Assembly: GCA_030605415.1 (NCBI GenBank)
Contig: JAUWIJ010000002.1
Span: 14,472 to 78,471, forward strand
DNA length: 64,000 nucleotides
Direction of reading: 5' to 3'
From: an archaeon
GTDB taxonomy: Archaea > Nanobdellota > Nanobdellia > Pacearchaeales > GW2011-AR1
Numbering within the stretch: position 1 is the first letter of the stretch; every line of letters starts with the position of its first letter. Positions 50,700 to 60,268 of the stretch are shown in pieces. The notes beneath the pieces are model-generated. The model was given only the letters and a program-made list of their open reading frames with translations, did not search any database and was not told where the DNA came from. The position numbers and the translations under genes were made by a program.

Positions 50700-50796
50700 A
50701 GATTTTTTACGAGATTGAACTATAAAAAGATTTTGAAAAATTGTGAAGATTATAGCGCACCCAAATCTTTATAAAGAATTTTAAATTTTCTCTCTG

Positions 50797-51084
50797 ATGG
50801 AAGAAGAAACAGTAACCCCTACGGAATCTGCTGAGACTGCCCCTGAGGCGGAATCGACCGAGACTCCTGTGGAAGAAACTGCTGAAGCTCCGGTTGAGGA
50901 AGCTAGCGAGGAAGCACCTGCTGAAGAAGCAAGTGAAGAACCAGCGGTTGAAGAGGCTGAAGAAGTCGTACCCGCTGAAGCTCCAGCCGAGGAAGATAGT
51001 GAGGAAGCAGAAGCTGAATCCGAAAAAGAAACAGAAGATGTTGCTCCAGCAGCTGAAACTGAGACTTCGGAAGAAACGGCTTAA
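50797..51084 (+). CDS. Highly acidic E/A/P/T-rich disordered protein
   Basis: TATA (CTTTATAAAG) upstream; low-complexity EEAP repeats. Confidence 0.6.
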   Translation: MEEETVTPTESAETAPEAESTETPVEETAEAPVEEASEEAPAEEASEEPAVEEAEEVVPAEAPAEEDSEEAEAESEKETEDVAPAAETETSEETA

Positions 51085-51244
51085 ATATCTTACCCTCACA
51101 TATCTATTAATTTAGGCAGGGTAGGCTCACACAACTTTTTTGTTTTTTAAGCCGTCGGGCGAGAAATCGCCGACGCAGTTTTTTATTTTAAATTGCATAA
51201 ATACTAATACTAATTTTTAAATACATATCATTCTAATATAAAAT

Positions 51245-51574
51245 ATGATTTGGGACCATAATATTGTAGATAAAATTAGTAAAAAAGAATTTTTGAAAAA
51301 AATAAAGAATTTCAAAGAGAATGATATTGAAGTAACCGACCATGCACTTTTTCGTCTCAATGAGAAACAAAGAAAAGTTTACGAAATGGGAACTTTGAAA
51401 AATTTTGTTGTAAATAAAATTCCTATAGAAATTGGAAAACAAAAAAATGGAAATCTTGCAGTTCTTTATTATTATGATGAAAACCAGACGATAAAAATAT
51501 TATTAAACTTGAAACCCAATAAGATTTATATAGTTACTTTTTATATATTAAATAAGCAACAAATGGAGAATTAA
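51245..51574 (+). CDS. DUF4258-like putative toxin
   Basis: TDHALFR..YIVTFY; upstream of a DUF2283 gene. Confidence 0.55.
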   Translation: MIWDHNIVDKISKKEFLKKIKNFKENDIEVTDHALFRLNEKQRKVYEMGTLKNFVVNKIPIEIGKQKNGNLAVLYYYDENQTIKILLNLKPNKIYIVTFYILNKQQMEN

Positions 51575-51580
51575 ATAAAA

Positions 51581-51958
51581 ATGGATAAAAGACATTTAGA
51601 GAAGGAAGGGTCGTTTGATTATGATTATGTCAATGATATATTATTTTTTAAAGTAAATGAAAGAGAATACTCTCATTCTATTGAATTGCGTGATTATGTG
51701 ATTGATATAGACACAGAAGATTATGTGGTAGGTCTGCAAATATTTAATGCCTCTAATTATTTTAATATGACCAAAATTTCATTAAGAGAAGTCAAAAATT
51801 GGAAACTTAAGACTTTGGTAGAAAATAATTATATTGAAATTAGACTGGTGTTTAATTCTATTATTAGAAATAAAATTATAGAAAAAAATCCAATTCTTGT
51901 TCAAAAGGTTGAGAACAAAATCCTCAATTCAAGTGTAGAATCCTGTATCACTTGTTAG
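51581..51958 (+). CDS. DUF2283 family protein (putative antitoxin)
   Basis: DYDYVNDILFF..IDID..VVGLQIFNAS. Confidence 0.75.
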   Translation: MDKRHLEKEGSFDYDYVNDILFFKVNEREYSHSIELRDYVIDIDTEDYVVGLQIFNASNYFNMTKISLREVKNWKLKTLVENNYIEIRLVFNSIIRNKIIEKNPILVQKVENKILNSSVESCITC

Positions 51959-52016
51959 CATATTTACTCCTCATAACAAACTTTTTATACCAAATTCTCA
52001 ATTAAATAAATATAAT

Positions 52017-52088
52017 GACGGTTGTAGTTCAATGGTAGAATGTACGGTTGTGGTCCGTAAGACGCGGGTTCGATTCCCGCCTTCCGTC
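52017..52088 (+). tRNA. tRNA-His(GUG) with encoded G-1
   Basis: TACGG-TT-GTG-GT-CCGTA anticodon arm, GCGGG-TTCGATT-CCCGC T arm, G-1:C73; two U-U mismatches in the acceptor stem. Confidence 0.88.
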
Positions 52089-52150
52089 TTGAGACAAAGT
52101 GGAAAGATGAAATCATTAGAGAAGGCAAAACCTTTGGAGAGTAAAACAAG

Positions 52151-52696
52151 ATGACAAAACTTTATTTTATAACCAGCAACAAAAATAAACTCATTGAAGT
52201 AAAAAGTATTATCGCTGATGTCGAGCAGATTGATTTGGATTTGCCCGAGATACAGGAACTTGATGCGCGAAAAATTATCGAGGAGAAATTAAAAGAAGCA
52301 GTTAAAAATAATTCTGGGGAGTTCTTTTGTGAAGATACCTCTTTGTATATTAATAGTATGAATGGCTTACCCGGTCCTCTAATAAAATGGTTTTTAGAGT
52401 CCGTGAAGGATAAGGGTATTTTTGATTTGGTTGAACGATATGAGGATAAAAGTGCAGTAGCGAAGACCATAATTGGATATACTGACGGTGAGAATATGGC
52501 TTTTTTCGAGGGAGAAGTCGAGGGGGATATCGTTTCGCCTAGGGGAGATAGGGCGTTTGGTTGGGATAAATTGTTTCAACCGAAGGGCTCCAATAAAACA
52601 TTTGGAGAGATGACGTTAGAAGAAAAAAATAAATTCAGCATGAGAAAGAAAGCTTTGATTAGATTAAAAAACTATTTAGATGAGGTGAAAAAATGA
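52151..52696 (+). CDS. rdgB: Non-canonical purine NTP pyrophosphatase (Ham1/RdgB)
   Basis: TSNKNK, EDTSL, GLPGP, FGWD, KNKFSMR. Confidence 0.93.
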   Translation: MTKLYFITSNKNKLIEVKSIIADVEQIDLDLPEIQELDARKIIEEKLKEAVKNNSGEFFCEDTSLYINSMNGLPGPLIKWFLESVKDKGIFDLVERYEDKSAVAKTIIGYTDGENMAFFEGEVEGDIVSPRGDRAFGWDKLFQPKGSNKTFGEMTLEEKNKFSMRKKALIRLKNYLDEVKK

Positions 52697-53102
52697 AAAC
52701 AAATATCCTATTTGTGTGCAAATATAATCGATCCAGAAGTAGGGTTGCTGTAGCCTATTTTAAAAAATCAATAATAATAAAAATATTAATGTAAAAAGTA
52801 TAGGGATCATCGAAGGATACCCTGTTAATGAAAATCAGATAAAAATTGCGAAAGAGTTTGGGATTAATATTAAGGGTTCTCCGCAAGGGCTAAGTTCTAA
52901 AATTTTGAAATGGCAAGACATAATAATTATTGTTGCCGATAATGTGCCAAAAGACTTGTTTAAACTCGACAAAAAATATAATAAGAAAATAATCTTTTGG
53001 AATATTTCTGATATTATAAGTAGCAGCAATAAAGAAATAAAGTTAATTATCGAAAAAGTTATTAAGAGAGTTGACAAACTAAACGAAGATTTGAAAAAAT
53101 GA
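52693..53102 (+). pseudogene. LMW protein-tyrosine phosphatase/ArsC-like gene with a frameshift
   Basis: ILFVCKYNRSRS P-loop; the frame breaks at the A6 run (~52762-52767) and continues in the -1 frame to 53102. Confidence 0.7.
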
Positions 53103-53175
53103 AAACACAAACAGTTAAAGGATTTTAGAACTTCATTGGCGAAGATTCTTTGAAGCGGGTGAGAGTAAAAAAATT
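53099..53175 (+). pseudogene. Decayed duplicate of the hisS 5' end
   Basis: ATGAAAACACAAACAGTTAAAGGATTTTAG versus hisS ATGAAAACGCAAACAGTTAAAGGATTTCAG. Confidence 0.75.
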
Positions 53176-53391
53176 AAATATTATATAAACAAAACATATC
53201 TTGATTATTTCGAAAAAATCGGTAACTTTAAAAAGGAATATTTATAATAATTGGTATGGTAGCAAACAATAGAAGTTGTCGGCATTGTCCGAAGTAATGA
53301 TTTCTTTAGCTGTAGCCTTGTTTGTAATTTAGTTTTTATATCTAATTTTACGTTAAATATTTGGAGTCCAAAATGGTAGGCTGTAATAGTC

Positions 53392-53922
53392 GTGAGTGTT
53401 CCCATTGCCGAGAAGATATCAATAAGGGATTATCAAAATAGAGATTTATCGAAAATAGTTGAGATATATAAGGCTGCATTTGCCGAACCGCCGTGGAATG
53501 AGAAATGGTCTTATCAACAAGTAGTGCGTCAATTGAATGGCGGAATTTCGAAACCTAATTCTATTGTACTTGTTGCTGAAAATTCTGAGAATATTCTTGG
53601 AATGACTTGGGGTTTTGACCTCTCATTGAACAGGTTCCCCTTCCTCGCAGATAATTATGTGAAGAATACTAATTATATAGCTGAATTAGCAGTAAGTCCT
53701 TGTAGTAGAAAAATAGGCACTGGAACTCTTCTTGGAAGGGCATATGTAGAAAGGGCAAGAGAAAAAGGAATTCCTAAAATAATTTTGAGAACTGATGAAA
53801 GAAATCCTGCAGCATTAAAACTGTATAAAGGACTTGGATTTTCTGATATCAACGCAAGAGACCCAACATATAAAAATCGTATTTATCTATCTAAATTATT
53901 AGAAGGAGAAAATGGTAACTAA
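53392..53922 (+). CDS. GNAT acetyltransferase
   Basis: YIAELAV..RKIGTG, NPAALKLYKGLGF. Confidence 0.88.
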   Translation: MSVPIAEKISIRDYQNRDLSKIVEIYKAAFAEPPWNEKWSYQQVVRQLNGGISKPNSIVLVAENSENILGMTWGFDLSLNRFPFLADNYVKNTNYIAELAVSPCSRKIGTGTLLGRAYVERAREKGIPKIILRTDERNPAALKLYKGLGFSDINARDPTYKNRIYLSKLLEGENGN

Positions 53923-54796
53923 TATTAAAGTCGTTGAGAAAGTTGGGAAGAACTCTGGGAAAAACGTTGTCATAATGGCTGGCGTACATGGGAATGAAGT
54001 TTGTGGGGTGAAAGCATTTGATATATTAATTCCAGAAATAAATATTGATAATGGAAAAGTAATTTTTATAATCGCAAATTTAAAGGCGGTTCAACAAAAT
54101 AAACGATATATTGAATATAATCTTAATCGGTGTTTTTTAGATAATCAACCTGCTGAAATAATGGATACATTAGAAGGAAAAACTGCCAAAGAGATAATAT
54201 TTTTTCTTCAAAAAGCTGATGCATTACTTGACTTGCACTCATCTAAAAGTTCCGATTCTTCGAAATATCTTATATGTGAGAGAGATTGCTTCGACATTAT
54301 ACATTCTTTTAGTCCTGAAAAAGTTATAATGGGAATTGATGATATTCAGCAGGGAGGCAGTGATGGATACATGTATCGTCAGGGAAAGCCGGGAATATGT
54401 ATTGAGTGTGGGTTACACGAAAGCAAGGATTCAATAGGAATTGCAAAAGAAGCCATACAGACTTTTTTAATTGAGACCGGAAACATTAATGGTATTAGTA
54501 AAAAGAAAATAACAAAAAAATTATTTAGATCCATTTATCTTTATAAAAATAAAAATGGTCCGTTTCGGCTAGAAAGAAAATTTAATGATTTTGAAAAGAT
54601 GACCGAAAAAACTTTAATCGGATATGATGGGTTCGAAAAAATATATCTTAAAAGAGACGATGTAGTTATGTTTCCAGATGAACCTAAGGAGATTGGGGGA
54701 GAATGTTTTATGGTGATAAGAGAGGAAACATTATTAAAATCAAATCAATTAAATAAAGTAGAAAAGGACTTAAAAAATGAAAACGCAAACAGTTAA
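53912..54796 (+). CDS. Succinylglutamate desuccinylase/aspartoacylase (M14-like) family protein
   Basis: GVHGNE, NLNRCF, LDLHS, IECG. Confidence 0.88.
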   Translation: MVTNIKVVEKVGKNSGKNVVIMAGVHGNEVCGVKAFDILIPEINIDNGKVIFIIANLKAVQQNKRYIEYNLNRCFLDNQPAEIMDTLEGKTAKEIIFFLQKADALLDLHSSKSSDSSKYLICERDCFDIIHSFSPEKVIMGIDDIQQGGSDGYMYRQGKPGICIECGLHESKDSIGIAKEAIQTFLIETGNINGISKKKITKKLFRSIYLYKNKNGPFRLERKFNDFEKMTEKTLIGYDGFEKIYLKRDDVVMFPDEPKEIGGECFMVIREETLLKSNQLNKVEKDLKNENANS

Positions 54797-55940
54797 AGGA
54801 TTTCAGGATTATGTAGGGATTGAGGCAGCGAAGCGTGCAAAGGTTTTGAAAATTATTCAGGAACAGTTTGAACTTTATGGGTTTGAGCCAGCCGAAACTC
54901 CGACGATTGAATTTGAGGAATTTGTAAAGGGAGATAATATTAACGACGAGGCTGTACGGGATATTTTTAAACTTGAAGATAGAGGAAAGCGAAAGTTAGC
55001 GTTGAGGTTTGAGTTTACTTTTCAACTAAAAAGAATTGCCAAAAATCAGAAGTTGCCATATAAGAGATTTCAAATTGGAACGGTTTTTCGGGACGAGCCG
55101 ATAAGAAAAGGTAGGATTAGAGAATTTGTTCAGTGTGATGCCGACATTATTGGAAGCTCGGTTAAAGATGAAGCCGAGTGTCTGGCATTGGGAAAAAATG
55201 TATTTGAAAAGTTAAATATTCCCGTGAAAATTTATGTTAATAATCGGAAGTTGATGAATGAGATTTTAGTATCCGAAAAAATTGAAGAGAAAAATCGCGA
55301 ACAGGTAATTAGAGAGTTAGATAAATTAGATAAATCGACGACAAAAGAGGTTGCTGATAAATTGAAACCGCTTGGGGCGGAAAAGTTGATGAAAATTTTT
55401 AAACAGAAAGAAAAGTTTTTCGAGAAGTATTCTTATTACAAAGAAATTAAAGAGCTCAAAACAAATTGTAAGAATTATGGAGTTAAAGTTGAGTTTAGAC
55501 CTTTTTTGGCGAGGGGCTTTTCTTATTACAACGGGACAGTTTTTGAAATTTGGTCAAAAGAGCTGGGGGTTTCTATCGGTGCAGGCGGAAACTATCTTAT
55601 CGATGAAATCCAGTCTACGGGAATTTCTTTTGGATTAGAACCGATTCTTTTACTTGCAAAAGTTCAGGCAGATACTACACAAGTCCAGATTATTTCAATC
55701 GGTGAAGCTGATACCGCAATTAGATTGGCCGAAAAATTAAGAGGTAGTGGAATTTCGGTGAATCTTCTTTTGGATAAATCAATTGGGAAGGCAATGGATT
55801 ATGCAAATTCTAAAAATATTGGGAAAGTTATTTTTGTTGGGAAAGATGAAGTTGCGAAAAAGAAATTTAAAGTTAAAGATATGAAAAGTGGGGACGAGAA
55901 ATTTTTGAGTGAGAGTGAGATTATTAGGATTTTTGGGTGA
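54777..55940 (+). CDS. hisS: Histidyl-tRNA synthetase
   Basis: VKGFQD, FRDEP..GRIREFVQCDAD, RGFSYYNG. Confidence 0.93.
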   Translation: MKTQTVKGFQDYVGIEAAKRAKVLKIIQEQFELYGFEPAETPTIEFEEFVKGDNINDEAVRDIFKLEDRGKRKLALRFEFTFQLKRIAKNQKLPYKRFQIGTVFRDEPIRKGRIREFVQCDADIIGSSVKDEAECLALGKNVFEKLNIPVKIYVNNRKLMNEILVSEKIEEKNREQVIRELDKLDKSTTKEVADKLKPLGAEKLMKIFKQKEKFFEKYSYYKEIKELKTNCKNYGVKVEFRPFLARGFSYYNGTVFEIWSKELGVSIGAGGNYLIDEIQSTGISFGLEPILLLAKVQADTTQVQIISIGEADTAIRLAEKLRGSGISVNLLLDKSIGKAMDYANSKNIGKVIFVGKDEVAKKKFKVKDMKSGDEKFLSESEIIRIFG

Positions 55941-56000
55941 ATAAAAATAAGATATAGTTAGATTTAAATAAATAGAAATAATTAACTTTTAAGGTGTTAA

Positions 56001-56420
56001 ATGAAATTAACGAAACAAGATAAAGAATTAATTGAGGATGCTAATAAAATAATTATTAAATCGAGACAAGTTAAATTAATTGATACGGGAGATGTTGGTT
56101 CCGCATTAACAACTTCAAAAGATAATATATTTAGAGGAGTTAGTTTGGGATTTTATTGTGGAATTGGCTCTTGTGGTGAATATCAGGCGATTGGTTCCAT
56201 GATTTCAAATGGCGAAAAAGAGATTAAAACTATTGTTGCAGTTTGGTATAACGAGAAAACTAAAAAATATAAAATAATTCCACCTTGTGGCAAATGTCGG
56301 GAAATGATTTTGCAAGCGTGTAAAAAAAATAAAAATACAGAAGTTATTATATCCAAATCAAAAAAGATTAAATTAAAAGAATTACTTCCTTACGCGTGGG
56401 GTAGTTCGATAGAAAAATAA
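56001..56420 (+). CDS. Cytidine deaminase family protein
   Basis: SCGE, PPCGKCRE. Confidence 0.85.
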   Translation: MKLTKQDKELIEDANKIIIKSRQVKLIDTGDVGSALTTSKDNIFRGVSLGFYCGIGSCGEYQAIGSMISNGEKEIKTIVAVWYNEKTKKYKIIPPCGKCREMILQACKKNKNTEVIISKSKKIKLKELLPYAWGSSIEK

Positions 56421-56423
56421 TTT

Positions 56424-56780
56424 TTATTCTATTTTTAGTACATCATCAAGATATACTCCGAGATTGGAATTATCTCCATATAATCTTCCTGGTATACGTT
56501 CTATTTTATTGGAGATAGTTTCTATCTCTACAAAAATTTCTGGTGCAGTAGGACAACTTTTTACATTTTTGAGTTTACCACTTATAGTTTTATTAGGAAT
56601 TCCTTTTCTTAAAATTTTACATAAAAGACTTTTTTCAGAATTATCTCTTAATATATATGTGCATTTTTCATATAATTTCTCTGGGATAATATATTCACTA
56701 TCAATACCATGCCCAAAGCTAAACTGTTTTACTTGTTCTGTAATATCTGTATATTTTAGAGAGGGACCATGGTATGACAT
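56424..56780 (-). CDS. Hypothetical protein
   Basis: ATG start preceded by a TATA box (TTTATAAATA). Confidence 0.5.
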   Translation of the reverse strand: MSYHGPSLKYTDITEQVKQFSFGHGIDSEYIIPEKLYEKCTYILRDNSEKSLLCKILRKGIPNKTISGKLKNVKSCPTAPEIFVEIETISNKIERIPGRLYGDNSNLGVYLDDVLKIE

Positions 56781-56836
56781 AATATTATGATAGTTTATTA
56801 TATTTATAAATCTTTCGGTTTGTCGTTACTCTAAAA

Positions 56837-57625
56837 TTACAAAACATCCTCCACAATCCCCAACTCCTTTTCTAATTCCCTGAGTTCATCGTCGTGGATT
56901 TTTAAGGTCATGTAAATCTCTTGAAAATGTGATTGTTGTCTCAGAAAAATTTTTCCGCTGTCCGAAAGATGCAATATCGGGACAAACGATGCGAGTTTTT
57001 CCTCCTTGGATTGAGCGAAATGTGAAAATTTTATGTGGCTGTTATCGTTGTCAATATGTCCCTTAATAATCCCAAAAATACTTTTAACTCTGATTTTTAA
57101 GGGAATAAAATTATCTCTCGGCATAACCGTCAACATAGATTTCTTAGCCTGCCTTCCCTGAATATCTCTTTTGATACGACGGTTTTCAGTATTAATTGCT
57201 TTATTAAGCGCATTCATCAATTCCTTGAGCGTAACTTTTTTATGACGCGCCATCGGAGTTCGCGGAACAAGAATCGGAAGCTCGTCCTCATCTATCGTAA
57301 TTCTCTCGAGCTCGTATCGTTTTTCCTCCTTTCGCCCATAGAGAGCATCATTGAGGTCCTGTATATACGAATTAATCAGAATCTCAGATTTGAGTCGCAA
57401 GAGAAGCGAACAGGCGAGAAGAATTTTTGACGAAATAAAAAAATCAGTATCCTCAAGTTGCTGAATTGTTTCGACATATTTATCCGCAAGAATTCCAAGG
57501 TCAATATCCCACGGGTCAAGCTGTTCAGTTTTAATTAAATCGTAAAGTATAGTTTGCCAGCCCAACTCCTCACTCGAAATCAAATCGAAAAACTGCTCCT
57601 GATTAATTCTATCACCCTTTTCCAT
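56837..57625 (-). CDS. scpA: Segregation and condensation protein A (kleisin)
   Basis: LDPWDIDL, LLRLKSE, VTLKELM, FVPILHL. Confidence 0.88.
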   Translation of the reverse strand: MEKGDRINQEQFFDLISSEELGWQTILYDLIKTEQLDPWDIDLGILADKYVETIQQLEDTDFFISSKILLACSLLLRLKSEILINSYIQDLNDALYGRKEEKRYELERITIDEDELPILVPRTPMARHKKVTLKELMNALNKAINTENRRIKRDIQGRQAKKSMLTVMPRDNFIPLKIRVKSIFGIIKGHIDNDNSHIKFSHFAQSKEEKLASFVPILHLSDSGKIFLRQQSHFQEIYMTLKIHDDELRELEKELGIVEDVL

Positions 57626-57983
57626 TTTAGAAAGAAAGGTCGCGAGTTAATAAATATTCTCTATACCCTCACAAATATATTTTAACTATTGGTTGGGGCA
57701 TGCTATTGCCTGATGTCACTGACTAATTACAACACACCGAAAGATTTAAATAGTATTACTGATTAGTTATAGTATCACCTCTTTTTCCCCAGGAGAGAGC
57801 GGTAAGGCAACTTTTTGATCGCTTTGCTGCATCTCCTAGGGTTATAATTTTCTTTAGAAAATTTAAAGGTTATCTATATGGTTACTATGTAATTTAAATC
57901 ATGTAAGCCCCAAGATAAGCTATTGAAGCTTAGGGCAATGAAAAATTATGCTTCTATAAGATATAAATTTTTAAAAACCATAG

Positions 57984-58622
57984 ATGCATAAGATTTCTAT
58001 GAATAAAGGAGACTTTAGGATTAGAGTGCTTGATTGCAATGAACAACGTGATTCTGTCCTGCTTTATTACAGAGAATGTCCGTTTTTACAATTTGGACAA
58101 AATAAAGATTATGTGGGAAATGGTCTTCTTCCAGTAAATTTTAATCTTTATTTTTCCTCATCAAAAAGTTTATCAGATATTACTGCTCCCTCATTTAGAT
58201 TTTTGGAAAAAATCAAGGAAACGAAGGCTGTAGGTTTTAAACAGGCACTTAAAAGAGCGGGACAATTCGATGGGACAATTTTTGAAAATATGTCTTTTGA
58301 TACTCCATCTGCTCAGACTTTTTGTGTGGGAGGGCTATACAAATCATGTTATTATGATCCATCTGAATGTCAAAAAATAAATTCAGATCCAAAAAATCAT
58401 TCCATGATTCTTGATAATCATTACGCAAGTATACTCTTGCATGGTAATGGAGATAAAGAATCCAGTGTAAGAATAACCGCATTTGATCCCACAATTTCTA
58501 AAACATTGGCTTCGTATTTAATTGATATTTCTGATGTAAAAATTTCTCAAGAAAAAACTTCCAAATTCAAGAAGGGTCTTGACGATTTACTTTCATATTT
58601 TAATCCAGTTATTTTAGAATAA
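57984..58622 (+). CDS. Hypothetical protein
   Basis: 212-aa ORF with no recognisable motif. Confidence 0.55.
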   Translation: MHKISMNKGDFRIRVLDCNEQRDSVLLYYRECPFLQFGQNKDYVGNGLLPVNFNLYFSSSKSLSDITAPSFRFLEKIKETKAVGFKQALKRAGQFDGTIFENMSFDTPSAQTFCVGGLYKSCYYDPSECQKINSDPKNHSMILDNHYASILLHGNGDKESSVRITAFDPTISKTLASYLIDISDVKISQEKTSKFKKGLDDLLSYFNPVILE

Positions 58623-58627
58623 ATTTC

Positions 58628-58864
58628 CTACTCCCCAACTTCCAACTTCGGCTCAACTTCTTTCTTTTCAAATTCGGTAAAATGACATCGTCCGCAATAT
58701 GCCCTGCCATGTCCGACAGATAAAAATATTCCCGGTCCGCACCTTGGACAGCTTCGTGCTTTCTTAACAATCTTATCGCCTTCAATTGTATACTTTTTAT
58801 ATTTTACAGAAGTCGGTTTATTGATGTGTTTTTTCTTTCCTTTAATTTTACTCTTGATAGCCAT
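58628..58864 (-). CDS. rps27ae: 30S ribosomal protein S27ae (eS31)
   Basis: CPRCGPGIFL..CGRC. Confidence 0.93.
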   Translation of the reverse strand: MAIKSKIKGKKKHINKPTSVKYKKYTIEGDKIVKKARSCPRCGPGIFLSVGHGRAYCGRCHFTEFEKKEVEPKLEVGE

Positions 58865-58865
58865 G

Positions 58866-58942
58866 ATTTCTTTCTTTTTAGAAAAAAGAAATTTCTCGCA
58901 AGTAGAAAAACTTCTTTTCCAGAGCTACGCTCTGATTTAATT
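58866..58942. repeat. Three-hairpin intergenic element, copy 1
   Basis: Aligns with 59561-59632 with compensatory stem changes. Confidence 0.7.
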
Positions 58943-59362
58943 CTATTCTGTTTTCACCTCAGTTTTAGATTCTTCTGACTTTTCTTCGACATTTTCTTCT
59001 ACTACCTTTGCTTCTTCTTCAACTTTCTTCGCTTCTTCTTCAACTTTCTTCGCTTCTTCTTCAGCTTTTTTAGCAGCTTCTTCTTCAGCTTTTTTATCCG
59101 CTTCCATTTTCTTCCGAACTTTTTGCGGGATTGTTTCAATTTTTTCTTTTGCTTCTATGTTATCATATACAACAGCTTCTACCATAAAAATCTGTTTCCC
59201 GAAATTCGTGCTAATTTTTTTCACAACTATCAACTCCGCATTCTCCTTAATTTCTTTTTTTACTTCTTCCGAAGTTGGAGCAGTTTCATTTCCAATTTCT
59301 AAAATTAATTCCTCTCGTTCCAAAAAAGGATTTTTCTCTTGTTTGATTATTTTTGTCTTCAT
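58943..59362 (-). CDS. rps24e: 30S ribosomal protein S24e with acidic tail
   Basis: NPFLEREE, TPTS, TNFG, VYD; gene context. Confidence 0.88.
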   Translation of the reverse strand: MKTKIIKQEKNPFLEREELILEIGNETAPTSEEVKKEIKENAELIVVKKISTNFGKQIFMVEAVVYDNIEAKEKIETIPQKVRKKMEADKKAEEEAAKKAEEEAKKVEEEAKKVEEEAKVVEENVEEKSEESKTEVKTE

Positions 59363-59550
59363 TTTGACTTAATGGCAAATTCGCCTTCGGTATTTATTTT
59401 CATGTTCTCTGCCATCTCAGATTTCTCTGCATCAAAAATATGAATTCGTCCCTTGAACGTTTCGCTCGCCGGAGTTTCACCGCAATTTGGACACTTATCT
59501 CCGAGGTAAATTGTCCTACAATTTAAACACGATTTTTCCTTCGGTGCCAT
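59359..59550 (-). CDS. spt4: Transcription elongation factor Spt4 (RpoE'')
   Basis: CLNC..CPNC, SEMA, GEFAIK. Confidence 0.92.
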   Translation of the reverse strand: MAPKEKSCLNCRTIYLGDKCPNCGETPASETFKGRIHIFDAEKSEMAENMKINTEGEFAIKSK

Positions 59551-59560
59551 TATTTAGACT

Positions 59561-59632
59561 CTTTCTCTTTAGAAAAGAGAAATTCCCTCGAAGTAGAGAA
59601 ACTTAGATTCCAAACTTCGTTTTGATTTAATT
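59561..59632. repeat. Three-hairpin intergenic element, copy 2
   Basis: See copy 1. Confidence 0.7.
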
Positions 59633-60232
59633 TCATTTTTTCACCTTCTTTGTAGCCTTAGCTTCAACCGCCTCAACATGTTTTGCTTCTTGCTCGCTTT
59701 TTTCTTTTTCTGCTTTTACCCAGTCAAGTTTTCCCAAGCCCGGCTGTCTCATTGTCAAACCAATTTTTGGTTCCTCGCCCTTATACGAAATTGCCACAAT
59801 TCGCGCAATACATTTATCTCCCTGCATCAAATTTTTCTTTCCGTCCTTTCCCGTTAAAACTCCCGTGTCGGAAAACGACACAAAGTCATCCATAGTTTGC
59901 GAAATGTGAATCATGCCCCGAATCGGACCCATACTCATAAAAGCTCCAAAATTCGTGATTTCCTCTATCGTCCCGTAAACCAATTCCTGTAATTCTGGCT
60001 TAAAAACAATTAATTTGAAAGTCGATTTATAATATGCCGCGCCATCGCCCGGAATGATAATCCCCTCTTTAACCTCGAGAACTTCAAGAACCGCAACCAC
60101 TGTTCCGATATCTTTATCCTGAAAATCCGAGTAAGACTCTTCTAACTGCACCCGCACAGCCGCGTCGGTATCCATCCCGAATTTGTTCGGCTCTACTCTT
60201 ACATAATCTGTTACTAAAATTTCATAGAACAT
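59633..60232 (-). CDS. rpoE: DNA-directed RNA polymerase subunit E' (Rpo7)
   Basis: IPGDGAAYY, FGAF, IHISQ, GLTMRQPGLGK. Confidence 0.96.
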   Translation of the reverse strand: MFYEILVTDYVRVEPNKFGMDTDAAVRVQLEESYSDFQDKDIGTVVAVLEVLEVKEGIIIPGDGAAYYKSTFKLIVFKPELQELVYGTIEEITNFGAFMSMGPIRGMIHISQTMDDFVSFSDTGVLTGKDGKKNLMQGDKCIARIVAISYKGEEPKIGLTMRQPGLGKLDWVKAEKEKSEQEAKHVEAVEAKATKKVKK

Positions 60233-60268
60233 ATTCTAGTGAGAAAAATTTGGTTTAAAAAGGTTTTG

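Noticed and set aside
58985-59100. Tandem GCTTCTTCTTCAACTTTCTTC repeats
   Set aside because: They simply encode the EEEAKK acidic tail of S24e.
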